A DNA stretch of 32,352 nucleotides from Theionarchaea archaeon (GCA_018992565.1 JACVGW010000018.1:1-32352), one strand, 5' to 3'; positions 1 to 9,785 are shown, counted from the stretch's first letter. Translations and numbers: made by a program. The notes: a model not told the origin generated them from the letters alone.

Positions 1-10
1 GTATCAACCG

Positions 11-23
11 AAACCTTTATAAC
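11..23 (+). promoter_or_regulatory. BRE/TATA promoter of xerA (AAACCTTTATAAC), probably a leaderless mRNA
   Basis: TTTATAA at 16-22, ATG 30 nt after the TATA start, no SD. Confidence 0.7.
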
Positions 24-45
24 GCTGCAAGAGCATTAACTAACA

Positions 46-879
46 ATGGATAACAACGAAGCAGTGCAATCCTTTATGACGGATCTGGCTTTGCGAGGGT
101 ATTCAAAGCACACCATAAAGGCATACCGAATAACAGTCGAACGGGCTCTGGAGTATTGTGGAAAGCACTTCAAGAGAGTCACTACCCAGGATTTGAAGCA
201 GTTCCTGCTCTTCTTGCAGAGAGAGAAGGAATGCAGCCTTCGAAGCATCCACAGGCACATAAATGCCTTAAGAACATTTTATCGTCTGTTTGAAATGGAC
301 ACTGCGGACAAGATACAGCTTCCCAAGGTGGACAAAACGCTTCCCACTTTCCTGAATTTCGGAGAAGTTGAACTGCTACTGAGTTCTATTTTCAACAAGA
401 GAGACCTGGTAATTGTCAGGCTGCTCTATGCCTCAGGGTTGAGGGTTTCAGAACTGGTAGCTCTGGACATTGATAGTATTGAAGGGAATCAGGTGCAGGT
501 GAAATCCGGGAAAGGAAGAAAGGATAGAGTTGTCTATGTTGATGATGGAACATTGACTCTACTGGAAGAGTATATTCGGGAAAGGAAAGACAGCGACTGT
601 GCGCTCTTTGTCAACAGGAGAGGAACGCGATTAACTGATCGATATGTTGAGATTCTGGTGAAGCGACATGCCAAACGGGCTGGTATCAAGAAGAAGGTGA
701 CTCCTCACACATTGAGGCATACCTTTGCCACTCATCTGCTGCAAAATCAGGCAAATATCATGGTGATCAAAGATCTGTTGGGCCATGCCAGCCTGTCCAC
801 TACGCAAATATATACTCATGTAACAGATGAGTATAAGAAAGAAATCTACGAGAGTGCACATCCTCTGTCCAAGGGCTGA
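46..879 (+). CDS. xerA: Site-specific tyrosine recombinase XerA (XerC/D family)
   Basis: 277 aa; catalytic motifs GLRVSE, KGRKDR, HTLRH, LGHASLSTTQIY; N-terminal integrase SAM-like region (YSKHTIKAY). Confidence 0.88.
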   Translation: MDNNEAVQSFMTDLALRGYSKHTIKAYRITVERALEYCGKHFKRVTTQDLKQFLLFLQREKECSLRSIHRHINALRTFYRLFEMDTADKIQLPKVDKTLPTFLNFGEVELLLSSIFNKRDLVIVRLLYASGLRVSELVALDIDSIEGNQVQVKSGKGRKDRVVYVDDGTLTLLEEYIRERKDSDCALFVNRRGTRLTDRYVEILVKRHAKRAGIKKKVTPHTLRHTFATHLLQNQANIMVIKDLLGHASLSTTQIYTHVTDEYKKEIYESAHPLSKG

Positions 880-975
880 GAAAGGCTGCCTCTTGTGGGG
901 GAACTGCTCGTCAGGTTGTCCAAGATTCTGGCAATGGGCAGACATTTTTATAGGATAACTGGGAAAGGGGATTTC

Positions 976-2121
976 ATGAATGTCACCACGATCACCCAGG
1001 AACTGGTCAGGACACCGAGCCTCTCCGGGGAAGAAAGAGAAGTTGCCCAGAAGGTACGAGACATGGTACAAGATGCAGGAGTGGATTCAGCCTCCATTGA
1101 TGCATACGGAAATGTTCTGGCCTTGATTAAGGGGAGTGGAGATGGCTGTCTGCTCCTGGAAGGACACATGGATCACGTGCCTCCAGGGACCCCCAGGCTG
1201 TGGGAGCATCCTCCGTATTGTGGGAAAGTCATCGACGCGAACGTGTACGGGAGGGGGTCTGTTGATATGAAAGGTGGGATAGCTTCCATGATTTCTTCTA
1301 TTCCCGATATTGCGAGAAAGGAGAGACCGGTGACTGTTCTCCTGGCGTTTGTTGTCCATGAGGAGACTGTTGAAGGGGCTGCTGTTCACAAAGTTCTGGA
1401 AGAGCTGAATTTCTGCCCTGACCTCGTTGTGCTGGGAGAGCCAACTGGACTCGACCTGGCTGTGGGTCACCGAGGGAGAAGTCTTATACGTATGGAATTA
1501 TGGGGAAGGACTGCACATGCCAGTATGCCTCACCGGGGAATTAATGCTCTTGAACGTGCAGCCGAGTGCCTTCAAAAGATTGAATCATTGAAACCACTCC
1601 TTCCTAATCACCCCCAACTGAGAAAAGCTACTATCACCCCCATTTCTGTTGAATGCAGTCCCCGGGGGCTTCCTCAATTACCTGACTACTGCGAACTCAT
1701 CTTTGACAGACGACTGGTACTCAATGAAAAAGAGAGTGATATAACAGCCCCTCTGCAGAAGATAATTACAGAGATGATAGACAGTCTGAAGATTCGGGAT
1801 GGAGCAGTCTCTATTTTGGAGGAAACCCGCACCTGCTGGACGGGAAATGTACTTGAAGTCAAAGACTTCTTTCCCGCCTGGATTACTCCCGAAAAGCACA
1901 GTATAGAGGTTAAAAAGGCGCTTCCAGATACCACAAGAACGCTGATTTGGGATTTCAGTACAGATGGTGTCTATACCTCAAGTGTGGCCGGCATTCTTAC
2001 TGTGGGATTTGGCCCAGGAGACTGGAGAATGGCTCATCAGCCTAACGAAGCAGTCCCCATAAAGCAACTGGAAAAAGCACGGGAAGGTTATGTCAGAATC
2101 GCAGAGAGCTACTCTCACTAA
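976..2121 (+). CDS. M20 family metallo-hydrolase (ArgE/DapE/YgeY-like)
   Basis: GHMDHV, GRGSVDMKG, HEET, GEPT, AHAS, AHQPNE motifs; start moved to ATG 976 behind a G-rich SD (GGGAAAGGGG). Confidence 0.88.
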   Translation: MNVTTITQELVRTPSLSGEEREVAQKVRDMVQDAGVDSASIDAYGNVLALIKGSGDGCLLLEGHMDHVPPGTPRLWEHPPYCGKVIDANVYGRGSVDMKGGIASMISSIPDIARKERPVTVLLAFVVHEETVEGAAVHKVLEELNFCPDLVVLGEPTGLDLAVGHRGRSLIRMELWGRTAHASMPHRGINALERAAECLQKIESLKPLLPNHPQLRKATITPISVECSPRGLPQLPDYCELIFDRRLVLNEKESDITAPLQKIITEMIDSLKIRDGAVSILEETRTCWTGNVLEVKDFFPAWITPEKHSIEVKKALPDTTRTLIWDFSTDGVYTSSVAGILTVGFGPGDWRMAHQPNEAVPIKQLEKAREGYVRIAESYSH

Positions 2122-2196
2122 TCCTCCAACAGTGGTGGCTCCACGTCTCTGAGTTGCATGAAATCCAGGTACAGCCACGCTACTACGTATACCTTC

Positions 2197-3762
2197 TCAT
2201 TTTCTTTCATCACCTTGAGGAGTCTGCTGCCCAGTCCCCATAATTCTTTCAGCGAAACTAAGGATTAATCCAATGATTCCCCCCACCTTTCCGAATACAG
2301 AAGCCCCACTGCGCATAATCTGAATGTCCACAGGAGTCACTGTCCTCGTTTTCAGCACACACAATGCGTAGACTCCAATTCCCACGAAAAGGGACACAAA
2401 GACTGTTATGTAATCAGGTGCATCCAGCTGGAGAATTCCCAAGATGACCATGCACATGATCGCTGAAGATAGAACAATCTTCCACACAGGACCTGCATTC
2501 AGGTTGTCAACTCGATTCTTTAACTCCCTGTACTGGAGGGAGACTGCCAGAGCCAATCCCACGGTGCAGGCCAGGGCTATTCCCTCTACTGAAATCATTC
2601 CCAGAATAAGACTGAGTACAAGACTGAAGCTACACAAGAACACTGAAAATTGGGCTTGCTTCTTCTCCCTGCCCAGAGTCAGCAGAGCAGTAGCCAGTAT
2701 GGACCACAATGGGAGAAAGACCATTCGGAATGAGAATATCCTGAGCAATGCTACTGCTGGCATATACTGGGGGAACAAGAATGCCACCAGTGGCTTGGAA
2801 AGCAAAAGCATTCCCAGAGCTGCCGGAATTGACAGTCCTAATGTGAACTTGATGACTTTTCTCAGGCTGAAAGCCAACCTCTCATACTCTTTTCTGGCGT
2901 TGAGCTCGCTCAGCATTGGGTAGAGGACAATGGTCAGCCCATATGAAATCAGAACCACAGTACTGGTGATGGAAAACATGGCCCTATAGTAGCCTACAAA
3001 TTCCACAGGCATTGCATACAAGGCAATGACCACGGTTCCCACCCACACATATGAAATGTGAAAACTGTCAGATATGTACACATAGTAGCTGAACTTCAGA
3101 TACTCTTTAAGAGCCGTAAGACCTTCAAACCGTATCCTGAAAACAGGAATGTGTGCTCTCTCAAGGTAGTACCAGGCCTGTACAATACTCACTGCAAATG
3201 CACCCAGAAAAGCTATAATGGGCGACGTGTATCCACACCCCGCATACACCAGCGGAACCAGCAATACCAGGTTTAAGGTGTTCATTACGACCTCCACGAG
3301 GGTGCGTTCTTTCAACAGGAAGTATCCCTGCAGTATTGCCAGCTGATATCTGGCTATGAGATACAGGCAGATATAGACTGAGAGCAGCTTCAGTCCGGTG
3401 ATAACAGCCTCGCCGAGCAGGGTTGCCAGGGGCTCTGCCAGCAAAAAGAACACAGCCATGGACAAGAAGGCAACAGGGATTCTCACTACAAAAATGGTCT
3501 GGGCACATCTTAAAGCTTTTTCCTTGTCATCTTTTCCCAGATTGTGAGCAATATACCGGGCAACTGTTATATCCAGTCCAAACAAAAGAAAGGAGATGAG
3601 AACATTTGGGATCATGAAAGCCAGAGAAAACATACCATATTCCTTTGGGCCCAGAAGGTTTACAGCTACCAAGGCTCCTCCATAGTACATGATGGCTGAA
3701 TAGAAGATCCCTGCACTGGTAATAGAAAATCCATGCACAAATTTGGAGAAGTCTTCTTCCAT
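2197..3762 (-). CDS. Oligosaccharide flippase (Wzx/RfbX, MOP superfamily)
   Basis: Polytopic membrane protein with LGPKEYG, VGYYRA and LYPMLS motifs; start moved to ATG 3762, 28 nt from the TATA of AACCTTTAAAA (3784-3794, minus). Confidence 0.85.
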   Translation of the reverse strand: MEEDFSKFVHGFSITSAGIFYSAIMYYGGALVAVNLLGPKEYGMFSLAFMIPNVLISFLLFGLDITVARYIAHNLGKDDKEKALRCAQTIFVVRIPVAFLSMAVFFLLAEPLATLLGEAVITGLKLLSVYICLYLIARYQLAILQGYFLLKERTLVEVVMNTLNLVLLVPLVYAGCGYTSPIIAFLGAFAVSIVQAWYYLERAHIPVFRIRFEGLTALKEYLKFSYYVYISDSFHISYVWVGTVVIALYAMPVEFVGYYRAMFSITSTVVLISYGLTIVLYPMLSELNARKEYERLAFSLRKVIKFTLGLSIPAALGMLLLSKPLVAFLFPQYMPAVALLRIFSFRMVFLPLWSILATALLTLGREKKQAQFSVFLCSFSLVLSLILGMISVEGIALACTVGLALAVSLQYRELKNRVDNLNAGPVWKIVLSSAIMCMVILGILQLDAPDYITVFVSLFVGIGVYALCVLKTRTVTPVDIQIMRSGASVFGKVGGIIGLILSFAERIMGTGQQTPQGDERK

Positions 3763-4005
3763 GTTCGCACATATCAGGCGTACTTTTAAAGGTTGGTGTA
3801 AATATGAATGCAGGCACTGAAGGTGGTTGCTAACGAAACCTGTAACAGTCACAGTATATAAGAATCAAGACAAAGGTCAGGACAATTGAGAGCGTCTGAT
3901 TCAACCTGCACACTTCAAGTGAGGAAATGCGAATGCCAGGTTTTTACCTTCCTGCAATATCACCACCTTCCTTCATGCACTGGAACTATCACCAGCAGGA
4001 GGAGT

Positions 4006-4377
4006 TCAAATGATCCTGCCTACCTCTTCTGCTGTTCTTTTCATGTCCAAAAAGACTAATCCCAATTTTGCGTCTTTTCGGGCCAGGGCTGTGAGGACCG
4101 CATTCTCACCCGAGGCCATTAATACCACATATCCATTCTCTCCTTTGACATAGACCTCTGAGAGACCTCCTCTAGCCAGTTCAGCAGCTGTTCTCTCGCC
4201 CAGCGAGAGCATGGCAGCCGACATGGCAGCCACTCTATCCTCTTCCACATCTCGAGGTAAAGCAGATGCAATCATCAACCCATCTACAGAAACCACAGCA
4301 GATGCTTCAATATCGGGTGTGGTAGCTTCCAGATCCTTCAAAAGGGCAGTCAGTTCTTCGGTTTTTGACATGGCCAC
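4006..4377 (-). CDS. Roadblock/LC7 (MglB-like) protein
   Basis: ASAVVSVDGLMIAS, DRVAAMSAAMLSLGER and AKLGLVFLDMKR are typical MglB/roadblock signatures; SD GGAGGT at 4384-4389; alternative ATG at 4371. Confidence 0.92.
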   Translation of the reverse strand: MAMSKTEELTALLKDLEATTPDIEASAVVSVDGLMIASALPRDVEEDRVAAMSAAMLSLGERTAAELARGGLSEVYVKGENGYVVLMASGENAVLTALARKDAKLGLVFLDMKRTAEEVGRII

Positions 4378-4383
4378 GATGGT

Positions 4384-4512
4384 ACCTCCCTCTGTTCAAA
4401 GGGATTCCTTGAGGATTGAACTGTGCATTCTGAACCGTGTTACTTACAGCCAGGAGGGTACTTCTACTGCGGGCATACGCTGCCGGCAGCACCTCCTGAT
4501 CACTGCACAGCG
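4384..4512 (-). ncRNA. Candidate structured 5' leader RNA of the roadblock gene
   Basis: TATA TTTAAAA at 4535-4541; nested stems CUGUGCA/UGCACAG, CAGGAGG/CCUCCUG, GCUGU/ACGGU; hairpin overlapping the SD. Confidence 0.5.
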
Positions 4513-4632
4513 TTGTTCCTATACTCCTGAGGGCTTTTAAACGTTGTGAACAGGAGGGGAATTTGTGTGAATTCCGCTTTAAATGTGGGGTGCCAGCTAC
4601 TCTTTGAGATGACAGGAGAGAATGTCCCACGC

Positions 4633-5007
4633 CTATCCAATGAAGGAAGTCATCCTCTGAATCACCTCGTCCACAGCTTCCTGTGCCTTTTCGGGTGTAT
4701 CCTCGGCAGTGAACAGGAGTTTGTGCGAAATCATATCTAAGAGAGGGATGTTGGTGGTCCTGGCGACTACTGTTCCCAGAATATACTGTTCATGGAAAAA
4801 GATGTAGCAGAGATCTTCTGCAAAAATTGATATCTTTCTGGGATTTCTATTCACCTCTGTAAAAGATTCTGTCAGGAATTGTATGCTCTTGGACAGATAC
4901 GAAACCTTCTCCTCCTGGAGATCGCACTCAGTGATTCCTCCATTTTTTATGAGGAACGATCCTTTGACACCATTTACGTTTTCCTTGAGCAGGTCTATCT
5001 TGTGCAT
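4633..5007 (-). CDS. Hypothetical protein, possibly a divergent roadblock/LC7-like fold
   Basis: 124 aa; GVKGSFLIKNGG start, then helix, three strands and helix as in roadblock domains; same strand and directly upstream of the MglB-like gene. Confidence 0.6.
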   Translation of the reverse strand: MHKIDLLKENVNGVKGSFLIKNGGITECDLQEEKVSYLSKSIQFLTESFTEVNRNPRKISIFAEDLCYIFFHEQYILGTVVARTTNIPLLDMISHKLLFTAEDTPEKAQEAVDEVIQRMTSFIG

Positions 5008-5198
5008 AAATGTTCCCTGTTTCTTCTTTTGAGGACGCTATTTAAAATTATCGGTTAGGAGAGTAGATATAGGCGGAAGAATTACAAGAGAGAATCCTTC
5101 TGAATGATAGATCCAGATATATATGGGACTCATAGTGTACATGAGAAGATCAGGGTGCAGGTTTTTATGTAGTCATACCATGGGCAAGATGTGATTGA

Positions 5199-5816
5199 AT
5201 GAAGAGGAAGAAAACCAATCCCGGGGTATCCCACACTCAGGAGGATGCTACAAAGCTGGCTAAATCAGTTGAGAAACATCAGAAGAGGATGGGAGTGGAA
5301 TTTGCAGCCCAACTCAAGAAAATCCATTTTGAGACAGGAAGAATTCTGGATGTCGGATGCGGTGGAGGAGAAATGGCCTATCAGCTTGCCCAGATGCTGC
5401 CAAAGGCCGAAGTGGTGGGACTGGATGAACCCGGTCCGTTGCTGGAGATTGCGAAAACCATGGCAGAGGATGTTCCCAATCTGGAGATTGAAAAAGGAGA
5501 CGTGCAGAATATGCCGTTCAAGGACAACTGGTTCGATGTGGTGATCAGCATGAACGTGTTCCACTTGGTTGATGATCCTGTGGCAATGCTCAACGAGGTT
5601 GAACGGGTTCTGAAGCCGGAAGGGGTTTTTGGATTGGGGGATCGGAAGCGTTCATGGGCCGCATATGTGATACCAGCATTAAAGGTGACATATACAGCAC
5701 AGGAGGCCAAGGAGATACTCGCCGCATCAAGGTTGCGACCCTGGAAGTTCAATGAAACAGTTTTCTGGTTCAGTGTAACAGCAGGAGAGTATACTTCAAA
5801 CCTGAGAAAAGCATAA
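5199..5816 (+). CDS. Class I SAM-dependent methyltransferase
   Basis: ILDVGCGGG, GDVQNMPFKDNWFDVV, RVLKPEG motifs. Confidence 0.9.
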   Translation: MKRKKTNPGVSHTQEDATKLAKSVEKHQKRMGVEFAAQLKKIHFETGRILDVGCGGGEMAYQLAQMLPKAEVVGLDEPGPLLEIAKTMAEDVPNLEIEKGDVQNMPFKDNWFDVVISMNVFHLVDDPVAMLNEVERVLKPEGVFGLGDRKRSWAAYVIPALKVTYTAQEAKEILAASRLRPWKFNETVFWFSVTAGEYTSNLRKA

Positions 5817-5835
5817 GAGAATGAGGAAGAAATGA

Positions 5836-6498
5836 ATGCATAAGATGATTCGATCAATTCTATTTGATTTTGATTATACTCTGGCAGATACATCTCGAGG
5901 TGTCATTGAGTGTATCAATTTTGCCCTGAGGGAGATGGGATTGCCTCAAGTGTCAGATGAAAAAGTCAGAGAGACTATTGGCCTATCCTTGAGAGAAACG
6001 TTCTTATATGTTTCAGATACAGCGTATGGCGAGAGGAGTGCTGAGTTTGAGAGGCTATTTGTGAAGCGAGCTGACATGGTGATGGCTGATCTAGCCAGGA
6101 TGTATGAGGAAGCCCACGAGAGTGTCTCTCTGCTAAGAGACCAGTTCCACCTGGGCATTGTCTCCACCAAGTTTCGATACAGAATTGAGACTATCTTGAA
6201 GAGAGAAGGACTGCTGTCTGCCTTTGAGGTAATTGTTGGTGGGGAGGACGTTGTAAACCACAAACCTCACCCTGAAGCATTGTTGAAGGCCGTAGATGCC
6301 CTGAATTTGCCACCAGATGAGGTTCTGTATGTGGGGGACAGTGTCGCCGATGCGGAGGCAGCACAGAGAGCCTCAATCCGGTTTGTTGCTGTGCTGTCCG
6401 GCGTGACAAAGAAAGAAGAATTCAAAAGATATAGTCCTGCAGGAATCATTGACACCATTGGCGAATTGGACGGACTGATACAATCATGGGCCTATTGA
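5836..6498 (+). CDS. HAD family hydrolase (phosphoglycolate phosphatase-like)
   Basis: FDFDYTL, VST, KPHP, GDSVAD motifs. Confidence 0.9.
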   Translation: MHKMIRSILFDFDYTLADTSRGVIECINFALREMGLPQVSDEKVRETIGLSLRETFLYVSDTAYGERSAEFERLFVKRADMVMADLARMYEEAHESVSLLRDQFHLGIVSTKFRYRIETILKREGLLSAFEVIVGGEDVVNHKPHPEALLKAVDALNLPPDEVLYVGDSVADAEAAQRASIRFVAVLSGVTKKEEFKRYSPAGIIDTIGELDGLIQSWAY

Positions 6499-6504
6499 TT
6501 GCCT

Positions 6505-7071
6505 TCATTTTATTAATGAGACGAATTTCTTCGCAAATTCTTCGATCTGTTCCCACTCACGATAATCATTTCTGCCGTTCTCGTCAAAGACGAGTCCCTT
6601 TTCCTTACTGGCCTCTTTCATACCCATTCTTAACATTTTCTTGTTCAGGAAATCCATTCTGGAGGAACTGGAAAAGTCCAGCACTGCTCCGAAAGCCTCA
6701 TACAGTACGGCATGTATCCCAAGTGTCTCCATGATCTTCACCAGATACTCTTTCCCGCCCTCTTCTCCCTCCGTTACTCTGGAAAGGCAGGAGACAAACA
6801 GTCCCAGAGGTGTACCTCCTTCTTTGAAGTAGTCGCTGTTCACTTTCAGAAAAGATTCTGCCTCCTTTGTCCACTTCATTATTTTGATTCCTGATCCTAC
6901 CAGCACTCCATCAAAATTGCTGGGAGATGGCCATCTGCCTTTCTTTGTCTTTCTCAGATCTACAAGTTCTGATTCTACGCCTTCTGTGACTATGACCTCA
7001 CCGATCTTTCTGGCAATTTCCTCAGTGCTTCCAAATCGGGATCCGTATGCAATCAGCACTTTCTTTGACAC
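6505..7071 (-). CDS. Flavodoxin domain protein (HemG-like)
   Basis: YGSRFGSTEEIA FMN loop, FDGVLVGSGI, C-terminal DYREWEQIEEFA; GTG start after SD GAGGTGA. Confidence 0.85.
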   Translation of the reverse strand: MSKKVLIAYGSRFGSTEEIARKIGEVIVTEGVESELVDLRKTKKGRWPSPSNFDGVLVGSGIKIMKWTKEAESFLKVNSDYFKEGGTPLGLFVSCLSRVTEGEEGGKEYLVKIMETLGIHAVLYEAFGAVLDFSSSSRMDFLNKKMLRMGMKEASKEKGLVFDENGRNDYREWEQIEEFAKKFVSLIK

Positions 7072-7234
7072 GATATCACCTCTATTCTTTCAATGTTCAA
7101 GCGTCCTCTGCTTTATATAGATTGTGCTTTTTTCTTATAGTCCATAGACTGCCGTATGTACTCTGGTTCGAGAATCAGATCCCTGTACCAGGCAAGTCTT
7201 TATACGTGAAGTGAAAAGGTAATCTGGTGATATA

Positions 7235-8359
7235 ATGAACATATCCAGGATACGAGAACGAATACCAGCTCTGAAAACGTGTACCCACCTGGACTGTGCA
7301 GCAGTCTCTCCCTTTTTTCAAGATACTCTCACAGAAATGGAGACGTTCCTGCACAAAAGAGCTGAGAAAGCCTCTTTTGATCTTGATCCCTGGTTGCAGA
7401 TGCTCGAAGAGAGCAGGCAGGCAGTGGCTCGATTCGTCAATGCATCCTCTGATGAAATCGCTTTCATGCTTAACACAACCGAAGGGTTGAACACTGTTGC
7501 CCATATAATCCCCTGGAAAAAGGGTGACAGCATGGTGACATCTGATCTGGAATTTCCCTCTAACAGCCTGCCCTGGTTCAACTTGCAGAACAAAGGAGTA
7601 GTCGTGAGACAAGTCCAGAATGTTGAAGGGGAACTCCTCCTGGAGGATATTGAGAAAGCCATTGACGATACCACTCGGTTAGTATCTCTCTCATTTGTGC
7701 AATTTGGAAATGGATTCAAATGTGACCTGAAAGAGATATCCAAGCTGTGCAAGGAGCATAACGCGTTTCTGTGCTCGGATATTATCCAGGGACTGGGCGC
7801 TGTGCCAGTTGATGTACAGGAGATGGGTATTGACTTTTTTGCCACTGCCAGCTACAAATGGTTAATGGGTCCTTTAGGAGTGGGATTCTTCTTCATCAGG
7901 AAAGAGCATCTTGAGGAGATGGAACCCCCTTACCTCGGCTGGTTCTCACTGAGAGACTATGAGAATTTCAACAGACCTGGACTCAATGAGGTAGAGCTTT
8001 CAGATACGGCCAGGAAGTTTGAAACAGGAGGAAAGAGCTTTGCCCTGATTGGAGGGCTAAAGAAAAGCTTGGATATATTCTCTGAGATTGGTGTGGAGAC
8101 TATTGAGAAAAGAGTCCTGGATCTATCGCAATACGTCATTGACAACTGTGATGCTGCCCAGACTCCTTCAGATAGAAAAAAACGGGCTGGCATCGTCAAT
8201 ATTAAACATCCAAAGCCAGAAAAAGTTGTTGAGGCTCTGAGAAAACAAAATATCCTGGTTTCTGCCAGAATGAACGGGATTAGAGTTTCTACTCACTTCT
8301 GGAATACTGAAGAAGACATTGATGACCTCATGCATGGCATCAATGCATGGAAAAAATAG
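7235..8359 (+). CDS. Class V PLP-dependent enzyme (cysteine desulfurase-like fold)
   Basis: HLDCAA, NTTEGLN, EFPSN, DIIQ, SYKWLMGP (PLP lysine), IRVSTH. Confidence 0.88.
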   Translation: MNISRIRERIPALKTCTHLDCAAVSPFFQDTLTEMETFLHKRAEKASFDLDPWLQMLEESRQAVARFVNASSDEIAFMLNTTEGLNTVAHIIPWKKGDSMVTSDLEFPSNSLPWFNLQNKGVVVRQVQNVEGELLLEDIEKAIDDTTRLVSLSFVQFGNGFKCDLKEISKLCKEHNAFLCSDIIQGLGAVPVDVQEMGIDFFATASYKWLMGPLGVGFFFIRKEHLEEMEPPYLGWFSLRDYENFNRPGLNEVELSDTARKFETGGKSFALIGGLKKSLDIFSEIGVETIEKRVLDLSQYVIDNCDAAQTPSDRKKRAGIVNIKHPKPEKVVEALRKQNILVSARMNGIRVSTHFWNTEEDIDDLMHGINAWKK

Positions 8360-8419
8360 TGTACTGAGAAGAAGAGCAACCATAAAAACTACGCCACACC
8401 AAGGAAAGGAAGTGATATC

Positions 8420-8884
8420 ATGGAATTCAAATATGATTCATACTGTGGGTTGTGCTGTGGTGCGTGTCCCGTATTGAAGGCAAATGAAAATGGAACGCTC
8501 CAGGAGGTAGCACGGACTTGGGAAGAGGATCCAGACGATCTTGTATGCCACGGATGCAAGACTGATGTGGTATGCGTGTACTGCAACACATGTGACTTTA
8601 AGAAATGTGCAGAGAGTAAGCATGTGGACTTTTGCTTTCAGTGTCCTGAATACCCATGCTCTGCGCTGGCAGCTTTTCAGGCAGATGATCGTCCTCATCA
8701 CTCAGTGATCTTTGAGAACCTCAAGACCATACAAGAACACGGAGTTGATGTCTGGCTGGAGCAGCAGATATCAAGATGGAAGTGTCCTGAATGCGGAACG
8801 TCGTTTTGCTGGTATGATGAAACTTGTTCAACGTGCGGTGCACCCTTGTACAATTCCAAAAAGGAAGAGGAGGATCTGGGTTAA
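8420..8884 (+). CDS. DUF3795-like Cys-rich protein with C-terminal zinc ribbon
   Basis: CGLCCGACP, CHGC, CFQCPEYPC, then CPECG...CSTCG. Confidence 0.8.
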   Translation: MEFKYDSYCGLCCGACPVLKANENGTLQEVARTWEEDPDDLVCHGCKTDVVCVYCNTCDFKKCAESKHVDFCFQCPEYPCSALAAFQADDRPHHSVIFENLKTIQEHGVDVWLEQQISRWKCPECGTSFCWYDETCSTCGAPLYNSKKEEEDLG

Positions 8885-8898
8885 AAAAGGAAAAAAAA
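8883..8898 (-). terminator. Oligo-T terminator of the DUF4097-like gene
   Basis: T8-CC-T6 on the minus strand just after the stop at 8907. Confidence 0.55.
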
Positions 8899-8906
8899 TT
8901 CCTGTA

Positions 8907-9785
8907 TCAGTATTTTCTCACAGTAATGCTTCCGTTGGACGTGGATGCAGTAATGAAAACGTCAGGGGTTTCAGCAGTGAACCCTTTCTTATTCCTGTCT
9001 GAATCGAGAGTGTATACCACTTCGCCTGCGTCAATTGTGATCCGTGCGTTACTGGTGGACAAATCGAAGTTAAAATCTCCTTTGACAGTGATGTCGATGG
9101 ATGCATTTGACGTCAGAATATCATATGTTCCTCTTGTTCCAATCGTTACATCAGCTCTTCCATTGCTGGTTCGTATCCTGTAGGTACCGCCCTCGCCACA
9201 TTCTACATCTACTGCGGCATTTGAGGTCTCAATAGTCACACTCTCCCCCTGGAAGAACCCTTCTACTCCTCCGTTGCTGGTGGACACTGCAATAGAATCC
9301 GCAGTGAATGACCCCTGAACACGGGCATTACTCGTCTGCAGGACGACACTGGCTGCAGTAATCTCATTCACCTGGATGTGTCCATTGGAAGATGAAAGGT
9401 CGACGTGATCCAGGGCCACTGAGGGGAGAAATACATTGAGATGGGCACCCGCATCTGTCGCACGCTCCGCTCTAATTGTCAGGGTCACTTTTCCAGATTG
9501 TTCTGTCTCTGAAAAATCCACTTTCAAAGCATCCGCTTTCTCCAAGGCGCCATCTGATGTGGTTGCCCGGGCCCACTTGGTGATTTCGATTCTATACGAC
9601 GACTGATCCCAGATCGAGAGTTCAATAGATCCATTGTGGGTCTCAAAGTCAATAGACAGCAGTTCGGGTGATATTTCATTCTCAAAGAGCTGTTCGACCT
9701 CTTTCTGAACGAAAAGGCCTATCCCGCCTTGATCTACACATCCAAGAGTCAGGATGAGAATACTGATGATGGCGATTCTTTTCAT
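8907..9785 (-). CDS. DUF4097-like beta-strand repeat lipoprotein
   Basis: Signal peptide with lipobox LTLGC; many TSNG/TSNA beta-repeats. Confidence 0.85.
   Translation of the reverse strand: MKRIAIISILILTLGCVDQGGIGLFVQKEVEQLFENEISPELLSIDFETHNGSIELSIWDQSSYRIEITKWARATTSDGALEKADALKVDFSETEQSGKVTLTIRAERATDAGAHLNVFLPSVALDHVDLSSSNGHIQVNEITAASVVLQTSNARVQGSFTADSIAVSTSNGGVEGFFQGESVTIETSNAAVDVECGEGGTYRIRTSNGRADVTIGTRGTYDILTSNASIDITVKGDFNFDLSTSNARITIDAGEVVYTLDSDRNKKGFTAETPDVFITASTSNGSITVRKY

Noticed and set aside
46..879. Tyrosine recombinase as the integrase of a mobile element
   Set aside because: Size and motifs fit housekeeping XerA; no tRNA, att repeat or mobile cargo seen downstream. Sequence upstream of position 1 is not visible.
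4307..4630. 107-aa ORF between the two roadblock genes
   Set aside because: Overlaps the roadblock CDS out of frame, has non-protein-like composition, and spans a TATA box and structured leader
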